A stretch of 64,000 nt of DNA. It comes from Lama glama (taxonomy: Eukaryota). This document shows positions 1 to 13,677 of the stretch, in pieces (position 1 is the first letter of the stretch; each line of letters starts with the position of its first letter). The stretch is from positions 6,822,001 through 6,886,000 of the forward strand of contig CM052832.1 in assembly GCA_028534125.1 (NCBI GenBank), read 5' to 3'. The translations under genes and the position numbers were made by a program. A model generated the notes under the pieces. It was not told the origin of the DNA. It saw nothing but the letters and a program-made list of their open reading frames with translations, and did no database searches.

Positions 1-1389
1 TGTACCTACACCCCCAGAGCCTCATACACACTGAAATTGGAGGACCGCTGCCCTAAGCATTCGTTATTAAATACTGTCTGCTGGGTTAAGCCTTTATGGT
101 AGGGGCTACCACTGCAAAAAAAAAAAAAACCCTGTTCATGGGAGAGGTTTCATAAGTCATAATGAGTTCATCTCAAATCTGATTTTCTAGTAAGAAGTGT
201 GATGTGAAAGAATCATCTTTGCCTTTGTGGCTGAAAGTCTGGATCCGGCTTCTCATAGAAATGAGCCCAGCAATCATCCCATCAATTACAGATCACATAA
301 TGGCACATTTACCAATGTTACTACTAATTAATGAACTAGAAGAGCAGTCCCCTGGCAGATGACTCCCAGCGATTCATAAATCCAGCATTATTTCCACTTG
401 AATAAACTCAAAAAGAAGCCTGGCATTTAGAATGACTTCTTTAGATGGATTTTGCAAAGTAGATTTGGAATTCCTTCGAGGAGATGACTTTCAGAGGAGT
501 TGATTTAGAATTTTCTTTTTTGCAATGCTGTGTTCCCATTGCGTATTTCCATAGCAAGCATAAACAGTAGGGACTGATCTGCTGGTCATTCTCACCACCT
601 TCAAAATAAAACCTTTCATGTTTCTTTGGTTGTCGTCTTAGCAGTAGCTCCCTCACTTTGTCTGTCCCCTGACAGTATGCTAGATGCACACACCTTTAAA
701 ATGCAGCTTCTATTGTGCAGGAGTTTTTAATCCTTCAATTTTGTGTCTTTTTCTGATTTGATAAATCAGAAGACTCCTAGAGTTTTCACCCTTTTTTTGT
801 AGCCATACTAAAGCACACAATGCTAGATTGGATCTGAACCACCAGAGGCAAGACATTACCCGCAAGTCCTGACCTTTATTTTTCAATAGTGGATTGGAAC
901 TGTAACTGGAGGTTTGATTTTTGTGGTGTCTTTTGGTTTTCTTTATTATTTTTCCCCTTTTATTGATAGCTATGGATTTACTGTCTTCATGACTAAGAGC
1001 ATGTTTACCTTTAGAACAGTAACTGGAACATAGTAGGTATCTAAGTATTTGCTGAATATTAGTTTACTTGCCACCAAACAAACAAAGAGAAAAACAAACA
1101 CTTTCGAGTTCCCCTGATGTGGCTCCGCTTTGCTCTTTATACGTCTTTAAACTCTGTTGCTTAAGGTTGTGTCGGCCTGTGAGAAAGATTCCTGGGCATC
1201 TGACTTTTCACTTCCTGAAATGAAACCGTGATGCTGACAGCAGCAGAAATTGCTTGTAAAAGATTCTTCTGTTTTGAAAGTTGCATTAGATAGAGTTTGC
1301 ATTTAAGTTCAGAATTTGACGATACAACAGTTATTTCCGTTTTAATACCATCGGGTTGGCTGACCCGTTCATGCATTTTATCTCCACAG

Positions 1390-1826
1390 TGGGCAACCAC
1401 GGCTATGATAATGAGTTAGCAGAAATGCATCCCATATTTCTAGCCCACGGCCCTTCCTTCCGAGAGAATTTCACCAAAGAAGCCATGAACTCCACAGATC
1501 TGTACCCACTGCTCTGCCACCTCCTCAATGTCACGGCCATGCCCCACAACGGATCCCTCAGGAGCGTCCAGGATCTGCTCAGTGCAGCAGCCCCAAGAGC
1601 CGGTCCTTACGGTCCTTACACGCAGAGCCCTCCGCTCCTCCAGGGTCGTGTCCCACCAGGGGAAAATGAGCAAGAGGCGTCATATGCTTACTTCCTAGGG
1701 GTCTCTCTTGGTAGCATTATAGTTATTGTGTTTTTCATAATTTTCATTAAACATTTAATTCGCAGCCAGATACCTGTCCTACCAGATTTTCAGGCTGAAA
1801 TATCTCAACCATTATTACAAGCCTAA
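1390..1826 (+). CDS. ENPP5: ENPP5 final coding exon (C-terminal catalytic segment, transmembrane helix, short cytoplasmic tail); upstream exons are outside the window
   Basis: Acceptor ttttatctccacAG at 1388-1389, phase 1. Translation GNHGYDNELAEMHPIFLAHGPSF...YFLGVSLGSIIVIVFFIIFIKHLI...QPLLQA* matches the ENPP5 C-terminus as I recall it. TAA at 1824-1826. Adjacent to ENPP4 as expected. Confidence 0.95.
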
Positions 1827-3974
1827 TGCTACTTTGATGTGGAGATTGCATAGTTATGTCAGTGTTTAAAGGTTTCAAATCCTAGGAAACCAGCTTCAGA
1901 TATTTGCACAGACCATTCAGCAGATGTGTACATATAGAGGCTCAGTCACACACACACACAGTCACACTCTCACTCATGCTTACACGCACATGGACCAAAA
2001 TACACACACCTGCAAAGGATTAATGACGTGGAAGTACGTTTCCATCATTCGCTCTGGCTTCAGGATAGCTAAGCTCCTGATTTATTTGGACTTGGCATTA
2101 GCAATTTTGCACTATTTGAAGTACATTTCATATTGCACTTTACTCTCGGAATGGGTACTTGTATGTGAAATGCACTGTATCAGCAATTTTGTCTTCTAAC
2201 TCAGTTGAAAAAAAGACCTTTTGCACCCAGGTCCCAGGATACTTGTTATTCTTTGCTCAGAGTGAATTTTCTGAGAATTCCTGACTACTGTACAAGTCTG
2301 TCTCCTTAAATTGGGAGAACATGAAGAAAGTGAAAACTGTTGAAAATTCCACGTGATGAGCTCTGCACAGTGACGTTTGGAGAGATGTATTCCCAATGGC
2401 AGGGAGCACCTGTGGGATCTCCTTGTCATATTTCTTTCCAAAGGACATGGGTTTTCATTTTATACCCCCCCACCAAAAAAAGGTTCAAGAGATTCAAATA
2501 CTGACAGATTCATTCTAGCCATATTGTTTCTGTCATGAAATTCATTATTGCTATTTACTTATTAGTCCTTTTTCTCTGATTTTGATCATCAGACACCATG
2601 AACATACATTTCTTTCCTGTGGAGGCCAGCACTGGCTGATTAAAAGGGGCCAGGCACCATCTCAGCAATGTTTTCTCTTGTTTTGTTTTCTCTTGATTAT
2701 TTGCTTCCTTAAAAATGAAATCACTAGTAATCACATTAAAATCAAATTAGATAAGACCAATGTTTTCTTTCTGGTAACCTATAGTAACAGCACAAGCATC
2801 TTTTAGATTTGAGCATTGGAAATTCCCTGAATTGCAGAGAGCACAAACTCTGCTAGGGAAAATGCAGGCCATGCCATCTGAAAAGAGCTGTGTGGAGCTT
2901 GGGGAAAAAATTAGGCAGGAGCTTGAGGGAAAAAAAAATTAGGCAGAACCACTAGTGTTCACAACGTTCCCAGAATAGTGCAGAAGGCACCCTCCCTAAT
3001 GGCACAATAATGAAACAACTCTTAGAGATAACAATATTGAAACAAGAGGAGTTGAGGTTTATAGCCTTGTTTCCTGAAGTATTTGAATATCCATTCACCA
3101 AGTGCTGGGTGGAAACAAAGGTGAATCCAAGTTCACAAATAAGACTTCTGCGTCCTGGGTGGGATTTGTCATTTATCCCCCACGTAAAGCTGTGCTTTAG
3201 ATCCCTTGAGTAGTCAGGGTGGGGGGAGGGCGGTTTTACCTATAGTTTCTTAAATGAAAAAGGAGGCCCTGGAAAGAACAGTTTTCCTTGGAGAAATTAG
3301 AAACCAGTTTATAGACACTTGGCTCATAGATAATACTGTGATCTTACGTATATTTATGTACCCACTGGCTAATAAGTAGGTAAAATGGTCGATGCCTTCC
3401 AGAAAGAAAGGATAAACTTGATGTGAAGAACAGAAGTGGCATAGTTAAAAATATAATTGAATTTAAGTGCTTCCTAAAATTGGGTGAATGAATGATATTT
3501 AAATGATACTGCCAATAAAAAAAAGTTAGCACCTAAGTCTCATTTCATTACACAGCATCTTAATGGGACAGAATGGAATCACTAAGAATGGACCGTAGAT
3601 TAAAAAGCTGTGACGTTCTATGGTAGAGAGCAAATTCCTCAAAAGGTTTGCACTCTGGATTAGACATTTTAAACTATGTGCTGGCTTGCTTGGTAGTGTG
3701 AACTTACCTGCAATATTGAGGTGCCGATCTGATGACTGAAAGATGAAATTGGTCTAAAAGCATTACTGTTCAAGTGCTAACTACATTTCAAGTAATTGTT
3801 GCAGTAAATTCAGTTTAGAGGGTGCTATTACCATAGTGGTAAGAAGAAAGTAAATTCTGTGATGTTGATGAAATCATTAAAATTTGGACATGAAGATTTG
3901 ATGATCGAATGGTTTCTTTCATTTATAGATACTTACTTTCTTGTAAAATATCAGCAGGAGTTTACCTGAAGGAA

Positions 3975-3980
3975 AATAAA
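3975..3980 (+). terminator. Candidate ENPP5 polyadenylation signal (alternatives at 3514-3519 and 4107-4112)
   Basis: AATAAA followed by a GT/T-rich tract (gctttgttggctttggttttt, ~4030-4050). Which site is used cannot be told from sequence. Confidence 0.45.
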
Positions 3981-5242
3981 ATTTTAAACGTTGCTGGGAA
4001 AATCTAGTCCCTCAACCATCGTGTGATCGCTTTGTTGGCTTTGGTTTTTACCTGCATGTCTCTGTGGTCAAACTTTGTACGCAGTGAACACAAATCAGCA
4101 CACAGAAATAAAATGTAGACTCGCTAGTCTTCCGACCTGTAAGAATTTGGAAAAGGTCAGAGGAATGGAGCTCCACACCCACTCCCAAAACACTTATATT
4201 GTTGCTGAACATCCTCCGTCAGCTTTTTTGGAGTTTATTAATTGATATGAGTTTATTAATTGATGTGGCTCTTTTTCAGTGTATGTCTTGCAGTTTCTTC
4301 TCTCTGCCACCTACCATGTATAAAGTTGTTTTTCAAAAGGGATTCTGACCTCTTAAGGTAAAACTGGGGTCCTATTATCAGTTTCAGTTTCTTATAAGAA
4401 AGAATCTATTTCTAGAAAATCTGAGGAAGAGCCTAACTCTCCTAGTTCTGTTTTTTTTTTTTCTTTTTTTTTCTTTCCAGCTATTCATTAGCTAAGGCAA
4501 CAGAGAGTCAGAGAGCCAGGAGGGATCTGAGGGGCCACTGAACCCCCGGATTTAACAAGGGCCCTTGAAAGCTGTGAAGTGGCTTGCATAGCATCTTAGT
4601 GCCAGTGGGAAGGAGGACCCAGGTGTCCTGATCCAGTGGCGGGTTAGGACATGAATGTAATGAAATTTGAGGGGACTCAGTAACAGGCAGGACATGGGGT
4701 GGGGGACGACAATAAAAGCTCCTGGAAACATGGGAAGCTGTACAAGATGCTGGGGCAGACTGCCCGAGGAGAATGTCGCTGCTGTACAGGAAAATGCATT
4801 CACAGCTCCAGCGGGATGATACTGCCTCGTCTTCTTCCTTCGGGGTGCTGTTGAGAAGTCTTACACCCTCCCTTCCATAACCCGTTCCCTGAAATTTTAG
4901 TTATTATCCAAGATACTCCACTTGTCACTCAGGGGCCTCTTTCATTTTAAAGGCTCATTTCTCTTGTGCATTCTAGCCAGTCTTCAGCATTTCTCATTTC
5001 TTTCTTCCCTTTTCTCTTTACCATTTCTTGGCACTCACATTCCTGGGATGTTGAACCTTATGAACTGGTTAATTGTTTCTCCCAGTATTTTCCAGTTCTT
5101 CCTTTTGTTACATCATTCGAGATACTTCATCTTCCAAACCTTAGTCACCCCCTCTGCTTTTTTTTTTAACACACATTTAAAGTCTTATTTTTAATTTTCC
5201 AAATTTATTTCTAGTTCTTTGTAATAATGTACTGTTAGTTAA

Positions 5243-5720
5243 CTTTTTTATGGAGTGAAACACACTCAAAAATACACAAATAGTAAATGTGGCCAATTAT
5301 CAGTAAGTGAACAAATCCATGTAACTATCACTGTAGAAATGAAATAGAAGATAGAGCATTACCAGCACTCCAGAAAGATCCTCTTAAGGCTCTTTCCAAT
5401 TATTACCTCTTCCCTCCTGCCTAAAGGTAACACTGTCCTGAGGAGGAACACAATAGAATAGTGTCCCCTATTTCCAAATTTTATCTGAATGAAATCATAC
5501 AATATGTATTATGTTTGGCTCTTTTTCACTCAAGATTACGTGAGATTCATCCATATTTTTGTATGTAGCCATGGTTTATTTTCATTGCTTCATGGAATTA
5601 ACATCTTCTGAATGTACTGTAATTTGTTTATTCTCTTTTTGGATATTTGGATCATTTCCAGTTTGGTAAGTAATGCTGCTGTGAACTTTTGGTGCATCGA
5701 AGCATACATTTTTGTTGGAT
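5243..5720 (-). mobile_element. Ancient L1M (L1ME/MC-like) 3' end fragment
   Basis: Diverged L1M 3'UTR motifs (aatgaaatcatacaatatgta, gagattcatccat, ttccagtttgg...aatgctgctgtgaac). Confidence 0.65.
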
Positions 5721-5740
5721 CTATTATATAAATCTGCTAT

Positions 5741-6140
5741 TTAGCCTAGGTTTTCCCAAAAGTAGAGTCTGAGACAAAGGCTTGTAGGTAGAACCCGTGT
5801 CCATCAGCTCCCAAAACCCCAGTGGTTAAGGATGGCCACGTGGGGATTAACTCCACGTACGTCTGGGGAGAGCATGCACAGTGCTAGGTGTGTGTTCTCA
5901 CAGGCACCCAGTCTTCCTGGCCCTGGGATCTGCGCCAGGAAGAAAGAGGCTAAGCCTTGTCAGGTTGCATCTGTGGGAAACTGGTTTAAGCCAGGATGAA
6001 ACTGGAGTTAAGGCGTGGGCTGAGTGGACTGGAGGTTTGGTAAGCAGGCGATGTCCAGTACAGCCACACGTATATGGAGTCGGCATTTTAACAAAGGTCA
6101 TCAGTTCTGCTCATCCACTTGTCTATCCTGGGTCAACACC
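5741..6140. mobile_element. Old MaLR LTR fragment (MLT1I/J-like)
   Basis: Starts with ttagcctaggttttcccaaaagtagagtctgagacaaaggcttg, resembling old MLT1 termini; boundaries approximate. Confidence 0.4.
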
Positions 6141-6239
6141 ATAGTGTCTTCATTACTATATGACCGTTCTTGGCATCTGATAGAAAAGTCCTACCATTTA
6201 TTTCTCTTCAACATTACCTTGGCCCTCTGCTTTTCTATG

Positions 6240-6670
6240 TAAATTTGAGTGAGCTGATACAGTTCCTTAAAAAATAAAACCCTGCTGGCACTGCTTGGAT
6301 GCCATAATCAATTTTGAGAATTTCCATCTTTATAATACTGAATCTTCCAACCTATAAATATGATACAGACATCCGTTATTTTGGTCTTCCTTAATTCCTC
6401 TTGATGTTATGATTTCCTGTGCAAAAATTCTGCATGTATTCTGTATACGCATGTATACTTATTCCTACATATTTCATGCTGCTTGATACCAATGTAAATA
6501 AGTTTTAAATTTTCATTTTGTTTTCTGCCGATACATAAGAAATACACTTGACCTTTTTACATATTGACCCCATCCAGCAACTTTGTTAAGCTCTCATCTA
6601 TCTGATTCCTTTGGATTTTCTATATATGCAATCACGTCATCTGTGTATGACAGTTTTATTATTTTTCTTT
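6240..6670 (-). mobile_element. Ancient L1M ORF2 remnant
   Basis: Degenerate antisense ORF2 sequence (catctttataatactgaatcttccaacc; ggattttctatatatgcaatcacgtcatctg). Confidence 0.6.
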
Positions 6671-6700
6671 TTTTAACTTAAAGCAAAAATTTCTCTAATA

Positions 6701-8962
6701 TTTTTTAATTGAGGTATAGTCAGTTATAATGTGTCAATTTCTGTCATACAGCATCATGTCCCAGTCATGCATATACATACATATATTCGTTTTCATATTT
6801 TTCCTTTAAAAGGTTATTACAAGATACTGAATATAGTTCCCTATGCTATACAGAAATTTGTTTTTTAATTTATTTTTATATATAGTGGCTAACATATGCA
6901 AATCTCAAACTCCCAAATTTATCCCTTCCCACTGCCCTTCTCCCAGTAACCAGAAAATTTTTTACAATGTCTTTCAGTCTGTTTCTGTTTTGTAGGAGTT
7001 CATTGGTGTCCTCTTTTTTCTTTTCTCCAGATTCCACATATGAGTGATACCATATGGTATTTTTCTCTTTCTGGCTTACTTCACTTAGAATGGCATTCTC
7101 CAGGTCCATCCATGTTGCTGCAGATGGCATTATTTTACTTTTTTATCACTGAGTAGTATTCCATTGTATAAATGTACCACACCTCCTTTATCCAGTCATC
7201 TGTGGATGGACGTTTGTTTCCATGTCTTGGATGTTGTATATAGTGCTGCTGTGAACATTGGGGTGCATGTATCTTTTTGAATTAGAGTTCCCTCCAGAGC
7301 TATGCCTAGGAGTGGGATTGCTGGATCATATGGTAAGTCTATTTTTAGTTTTTTGGGGAATTTCCACACTGTTTTCCATAATGACTGCACCAAACTACAT
7401 TCCCACCAGTGGTGTAGGAGGGTTCCCCTTTCTCTACAGCCTCTCCAGAATTTATCGTTCATGGACTGTTGAATGGTGGCCATTCTGACTGGTGTGAGGT
7501 GATAACCTCATTGTATTTTGATTTGCATTTCTCTGACAATTAGCGATACTGAGCATTTTTTCATGTGCCTGTTGGCCATTTGTATAAGACGTCTTCACTG
7601 GAGAATTGCTTGTTTAGGTCTTCTGCCCATTTTTGGATTGAGGTTTTTTTTTGTTGTTGTTGTTATTAAGTTGTATGAGCTGTTTATATATTCTGGAAAT
7701 TAAACCTTTGTCAGTCGCATCATTTGCAGATATTTTCTCCCCTTCCATAGGTTGTCGTTTTGTTTTACTTACAATTTCCTTTGCTGTGAAAAGCTTGTAA
7801 GTTTCATTAGGTCCCATTTGTTTATTTTTGCTTCTATTTCTATTCCCTGGGTAGACTGGCCTAGGAGAGCATTGCTAAGATTTATGTCAGAGAATATTTT
7901 GCCTGTTTTCTTCTAGGAGGTTTATTGTTTCTTGTCTTATATTTAAGCCTTTAAGCCATTTTGAGTTTATTTTTGTGTATGATGTGAGGGAGTGTTCTAA
8001 CTTCATTGATTTACATGCTGCTGTCCAGTTTTTCCAACACCATTTGCTGAAGAGACTGTCTTTTCTCCATTGTATATTCTTGCTTCTTTTGTTAAAGATT
8101 AACCATAGGTCTGTGGGTTTATTTCTGAGTTCTATTCTGTTCCATTGATCCATGTCTGTTTTTATGCCAATAACATGCTGTTTTGATTACTGTAGCTCTG
8201 TAGTTCTGCCTGAAGTCTGAGAGGGTTATTCCTTCACCTTCATTCTTTTTCTTCTGTATTGCTTTGGCAGTTCTGGGTCTTTTGTGATTCCATATGAATT
8301 TTAGGATTGTTCTAGTTCTGTGAAAAATGTTCTGGGCAATATGATAGGGATCACATTAAATCTGTAGATTGGTTTGGGCAGTATGGCCATTTTAACAATA
8401 TTGATTCTTCCAATCCAAGAGCATGGCATATCTTTCCATTTCTTAAGGTCATCTTTAATTTCTTTAATCAATGTTTTGTAGTTCTCCATGTATAAAAGAC
8501 TTTCACCTCCTTGGTCAGATGTATTTCTAAGTATTTTATTGTTTTGGATGCAATTTTAAAAGGGTTTGTTTATTTTTCCTGCTGTTTCATTGTTAGTATA
8601 AAGAAATGCAACTGATTTCTGTATGTTAATCTTGTATCCTGCAACCTTGCTAAATTCTTTTATCAGCTCTAGTAGTTTTTGTATGGAGCTTTTAGGGTTT
8701 TCTGTATATACTATCATGTCATCCACATATAGTGACAATTTTACCTGTTCTCTTCCAGTTTGGATCCCCTTTCTCTTTCTTGCCTAACTGCTGTGGCTAG
8801 GACTTCCAAGACTATGTTGAATAGAAATGTTGAGTGGGCACCCTTGTCTTGTTCCAGATTTTAGTGGGAAGGCTTTTAGTTTTTCACCATTGAGTATTAT
8901 TCTGGCTGTGGGTTTGTCATAAATAGCTTTTATTACACTGGGGTATGTTCCCTCTATACCTA
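6701..8962 (-). mobile_element. 5'-truncated lineage-specific LINE-1 (~2.3 kb; RT C-terminal part, end of ORF2, 3'UTR)
   Basis: Minus-strand ORF fragments with L1 ORF2 motifs ([54 protein letters not shown]); T-rich tail at ~6701; highly similar to the copy at 21730-24000. Confidence 0.95.
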
Positions 8963-8989
8963 CCTGATATATATTGGTCCTTTTATTTT

Positions 8990-9240
8990 GTGAAATGTCC
9001 CTCTCAATCTCTGGAATTCTTGTCTTGAAGACTATTTTATCTAATATTGATACATGTACTCCAGATTTCCATAGTGTATCACTTTCTATCCTTTCTCTTT
9101 CAATTTGCCTTTGTATTTAAAGTGTGTCTCCTGTTGACAACATATAGCTGGGTCTTGGGTTTGCGCCCAGTCTGACAATCTCTGCATTTAACTGGGATGT
9201 TCAGTCTATTTACACTTTGTTATTGATGTGGTTGTATTTT
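8990..9240 (-). mobile_element. Ancient L1M ORF2 (endonuclease-region) remnant
   Basis: ttgtcttgaagactattttatctaatatt; cagtctgacaatctctgcatttaactgg...ctatttacact. Confidence 0.5.
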
Positions 9241-10095
9241 ATGTCTTTCCCCTTCATTTGAAACTGGCCTCTAGGTTTTTTTATGCTATTTTAATTTTTA
9301 TCAGGTTTGATATCAATGTTATATTCATCTTAAAAACTCTGGTTTTTTTTTTTCCCCTAAAACATTAGTTTCACGAAGCAAACATAACACTGATAATCAA
9401 AACTGACAAGAGAGGCACTAAAAAAGATTATTATCTCTTGGGCCTGAAACTTTTTTGTATGATAGTTTGTAACTTTCCCAATCTTTAAAAAAGAAATTGG
9501 TTTTAGTTTTCTTTCTCTGCTGCAGTCAGTTGTATTCAGTATTTTCCCTAGGACATTACCCATTTCATCGACATTTTCAAACTTATCTGAGCCAAATAAA
9601 ATAGGCTCTTATGACTTTTAAGCACTTGCTTCTGTTTTATATCTGCATTCTCTCCTTCCTTTACCACCACCTTTTGAGTAGGTTAGCTTTTCAGCTTCTC
9701 AGCTGCCTTTTCCAGAGTTCACAGATGCCATGAGGGGCCTCACTTTGAGAGGTTTCTTCCTTCTTCTGAAGCTTGACCTCTTGATTCTTCACTTGGTAAT
9801 TCCTCAGTGCCTTTGCATAGATCTTGTATATTTTGTCCAGATTTCCTAGTCCTCAGCAAGAGGGCTGGTTTGAATTACATACTCTACCATCGTACTGGAA
9901 ACAGTAGTCCTCCTGCATGTCCTTTTACTCTTCAAAGAAAAAAAAAATTCACAGAAATGGTGTGTAAGAAACATTCACTCTCCTCAGTGGACAATTCAAT
10001 GTGTATCTCAACAGTGCTGGACCTGACCTATAGGAACCCTTTTATAAAATGTTTTGTATAGTGGAGTTGTCTAGAACTGTTTTGAGGCAGATTGG

Positions 10096-10220
10096 TTTTT
10101 TGTTTTTTTTTGTGAGGGGAATGGTAATTTGATTGATTTTTAAAGGAGATACTGGGGATTGAACCCAGGACCTCAGGCGTGCTAAGCACTGCACTCTATC
10201 ACTGCACTATACCCGCCCCC
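10096..10220 (-). mobile_element. tRNA-derived SINE (camelid Vic-1-like)
   Basis: Reverse complement reads gggggcgggtatagtgcagtgatagag...gtcctgggttcaatccccagta (A/B boxes) plus A tail. Degenerate TSD ttgaggcagatt (10082-10093) / ttgaggtaaatt (10221-10232). Confidence 0.9.
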
Positions 10221-11320
10221 TTGAGGTAAATTTCTGTTTCTCCTTTCCACCACCCCTGTCTATGAAGGTGGGGTTAAAAATGGTAGCTATGTAAAGAACG
10301 CTGGTTAGGGTCACTAACAAGTCAGATCTGTAACACAGGAAGGAGGTTTGAGCTGGAGACATGTGTCTGTAAACCATCAATTACAGAGCAGCCAGTGGAG
10401 GAGGTCACTAGATTCAGTTTACTGACAGTGGAAATCAGGTTTCAGAGGTCCAAGAGGCAGATTTGTGGAAAGACAGAGGGCCTGCACAGCAGCTTGGCTT
10501 GCTCGGTGGTTAAGTCTTTGCCTTGGACAGGTAATTCTGGCTATGAGACATCAGTCACAGGACCTAGTGCTTTCACCATTGACCACTACCTGCGTGTGCA
10601 CACACATGTCAAGGGGAGGCCTGTAATGAAACCCAAGCACAGGCACCAAGGAGTCTGCAGGAGAGGGAAAGAGGTGAATCTGGCCTTCAGGAAGCACAGG
10701 GCCTGGGAACCGGTTCTGGACCCCACGATGTCTCAGCACAAGAGTTAAACCACAAGTAGACGGAAGTAATTTGTCGGTATAAAGTTTTACCACTCTTGAA
10801 ATGCTACAGACCTCTCTTCCAAAGTAAAGAAAGTACCTTTTTCTCTTGTTTTCCCACAGTTCCTAGCAGTGTTCAGTGAAGGTCAAAATAGGAAATTAAT
10901 CACTACTCTCTTGGAGGAAACTTGTTTGCATCTGTACGGTACTGGAAAAGATTAAGTACTCACAGCTATGTACAAAGTTTAAATGCTGTAATCCCGGCTT
11001 CATCCCCTAGTGTTTTGTAATCAGCTTTTTCAAACCTCTTCCCTTCTACTGTAAGCTAATAAATTATAGTTCTAGAAACTCTGCAAAATTTATCTTGGCT
11101 TTCTCCTATGATGTCCTCATGTTGGACTGTATATTTATACATGGCTTTAAAAATTTGGTTAAATGGTACACACTTAATCCTGGCTTAAGTAAGTGGATTC
11201 CTGAAGTATAACAAATCTGTCAACATCTATCACAATGCGTCTGCCTGGCAAGAGGGTGACAAATCATCAGTGCCATCGCATTGTATACTTAATAATTACA
11301 GTAAAAATGTTTTGGTAGAT

Positions 11321-11326
11321 TTTATT
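11321..11326 (-). terminator. Candidate ENPP4 distal polyadenylation signal, implying a ~3.1 kb 3'UTR (~11300-14429)
   Basis: TTTATT on + (AATAAA on -) at the end of a long AT-rich, transposon-poor stretch downstream of the ENPP4 stop. Confidence 0.55.
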
Positions 11327-13640
11327 CACATAAAATGTTTTAATCATAAGCAAAGTCATAACCAGGAACTCCAAACAATACAGTGAAAATATATTTTACT
11401 TTAACTTAAGGCACTAAATACAGATTTCTTTAGAACACACTCATGTCATTTTATTTACACACTATTTTAAGAATTCATAATAAATACACACTTTCCATCT
11501 CACTTTGTCCTTCCTTTGTAGCTTTATATATATATTCACAATGAAGTAAAGCCTTCCAAATAAATGGAATTAAATGCAATCATCCTTAAAGTTTGCCAGA
11601 TACGGGTGAGAGAAGGAAACACCTAAGAACAATGCAAAGGCATCTTTAATCCATCAATTTTCCAAGAATTTATCTTTAAGCTCATGCCAAGCTTAATGGA
11701 ACAGGAACACAAAACCTATAGTACAGAGCAGTGAAATGATTCTTATTCTATTGCTGTTTACCAGAAACACTTACACATTAACAGCAGCAGCAGACTGTCC
11801 CTATGTTATCAGTACATGTACTTATTCTAAATTCATTCACTGAACTCACAAAAAACTTAGTGAAACGTTTTCCTATTACCTTTGCACATTGTTGTCACAA
11901 ACAGTAAATGTTTCCTGGAGCCAAATACTTCCTACTACCCAGAAAACACAGCAGCATATCAGTCAAATATTTAACAAAATACACACCAAACCATCAGTGA
12001 AAAGGGCTGGCTTTACTAAAAGATTTTTCTCAGTGTACTAGACGAGTCATCGGCTCTGAGTGATAAGTTTTTAAAGATACAAATGAATTAATGTAAAGTT
12101 CAATATAATAATATGTCTCTTTGATTAAATACTGTTCTTTTCCACCTCTATCTATATATATATATAAAACATTTATAATTCAAGTTAATATTTTGAGAAT
12201 GGAATGAAGGAAAAAGACAAATAGGTAAATGTATTTTGTTCAAAGGGCTGAGACACTGCCAGGGCATCCCCTTCCTAGTCTGTCCTGTATGAAATCCACT
12301 CACAGGCTGGATGCTACGTACAGATTTCTGAAACTCACAACCACCAGTCAAGCCAATAGAACCATTAAAGCTCACACTACTGCAAGCGCCAAACTCTGCT
12401 CTATTATTAGTATAATTGCCTGCTACTAATTTAGGCATTTCCAAAAATGCTCATGGCTCTAAATGTGACTGTTCTCTCCCTCTCTCTCTCTCTCTCTTTT
12501 TAATGGAAATCGAAGTAGAAAGAAATTTTTCTGTCATTCTGTTCAGATCAACTATTAACCTTTAAGATAACTTTTATGCAAGGAAAACACCTCTGAAATG
12601 AAATTTGTCAAAAGGCAAACTAGTCCTGTTGGTTTTATTTATTTATTATGCTGTTCTTAATACAGTCACCTTCTGACTGTGTGCATAGACTGTTCACACA
12701 GGGTGTGCAAATGCTGCTCGAGAACCCAAGAACAGGCACGGAATGCCAGGATCGGGGCATCAGCAGTGACCACAGGAAGGTGGATCTACCCGGTGCCTGG
12801 CACCACTGTTCTTTACCATTGCAGATCATCAGCACTTAGCTGGGTGGCATATTTACTGCAGGTTATTTCTGCAGCTGCAAAACTGTTACCTTGTTTATTT
12901 CACATTGTCAAACCTTTGAAGATCACACGAGTAATGTCAATTCCTTGCCTCGGGTCCTGATGAACAGTTCTCAAACCCAGTTTTTCCTCTAATAGATACA
13001 AGCTAGTCTGCCCCAATTCAGGTTCTTCATATTAATTCTGATTATTAGAAGGTACCACTTAGCAAAGGTAAGATGACAGTTAATCCACAACAAACCCTGG
13101 GCTCCGAACAAGTATGTTAAGAAAAAAATAATAGGAGCAGAGTGGTTATTTCTATGAACCAAACATTGGAGGAAGAAGCAGAAGCAGCACTCACGCTCCC
13201 GAAGGTTAACAGAGCGCTGGGAGATCATTCAGTCACTTAACATACAATTACTGTAAAAGATCAAAGACCCTAAGGGCCATTTTAAATTCAGCTCTATTGC
13301 TTAAAAAGTAAGGCATAAAATTCCCAAAGGTAAGTATAAAAATCTCTCTTTCTCAGTGTGACCCAATCAAAACCAGACTGGTATTCAGGTCATAACTTTT
13401 CTGCGGGACTTGGATATCTCTGGTTGCAAAAAACAACATGAGAAAGTTAAAAGTGGTAACAAAAATTAATGAACTTTTAAAAATTGTGATTTTTAGTAAC
13501 TTGTGAGTTATAAGAAAGTAAATACATGTCAAATACAAACGTAACCTTTCCTGAGAGCTGTGTTCTAAGGGGATGTGGAAGCCTGCCTCTAGTCTAGCGT
13601 CCTCTCGCCACCTCCTGTAAGTCCCACGGTCTGTACATCC

Positions 13641-13646
13641 ACACAC

Positions 13647-13677
<31 letters not shown>
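13641..13677. repeat. (CA)n microsatellite; (GU)n in the ENPP4 3'UTR
   Basis: Direct reading; ~13 perfect AC units at 13651-13677. Confidence 0.95.

Noticed and set aside
1356..1389. ORF-track start MADPFMHFIST for ENPP5
   Set aside because: Intronic read-through upstream of the acceptor at 1388-1389.
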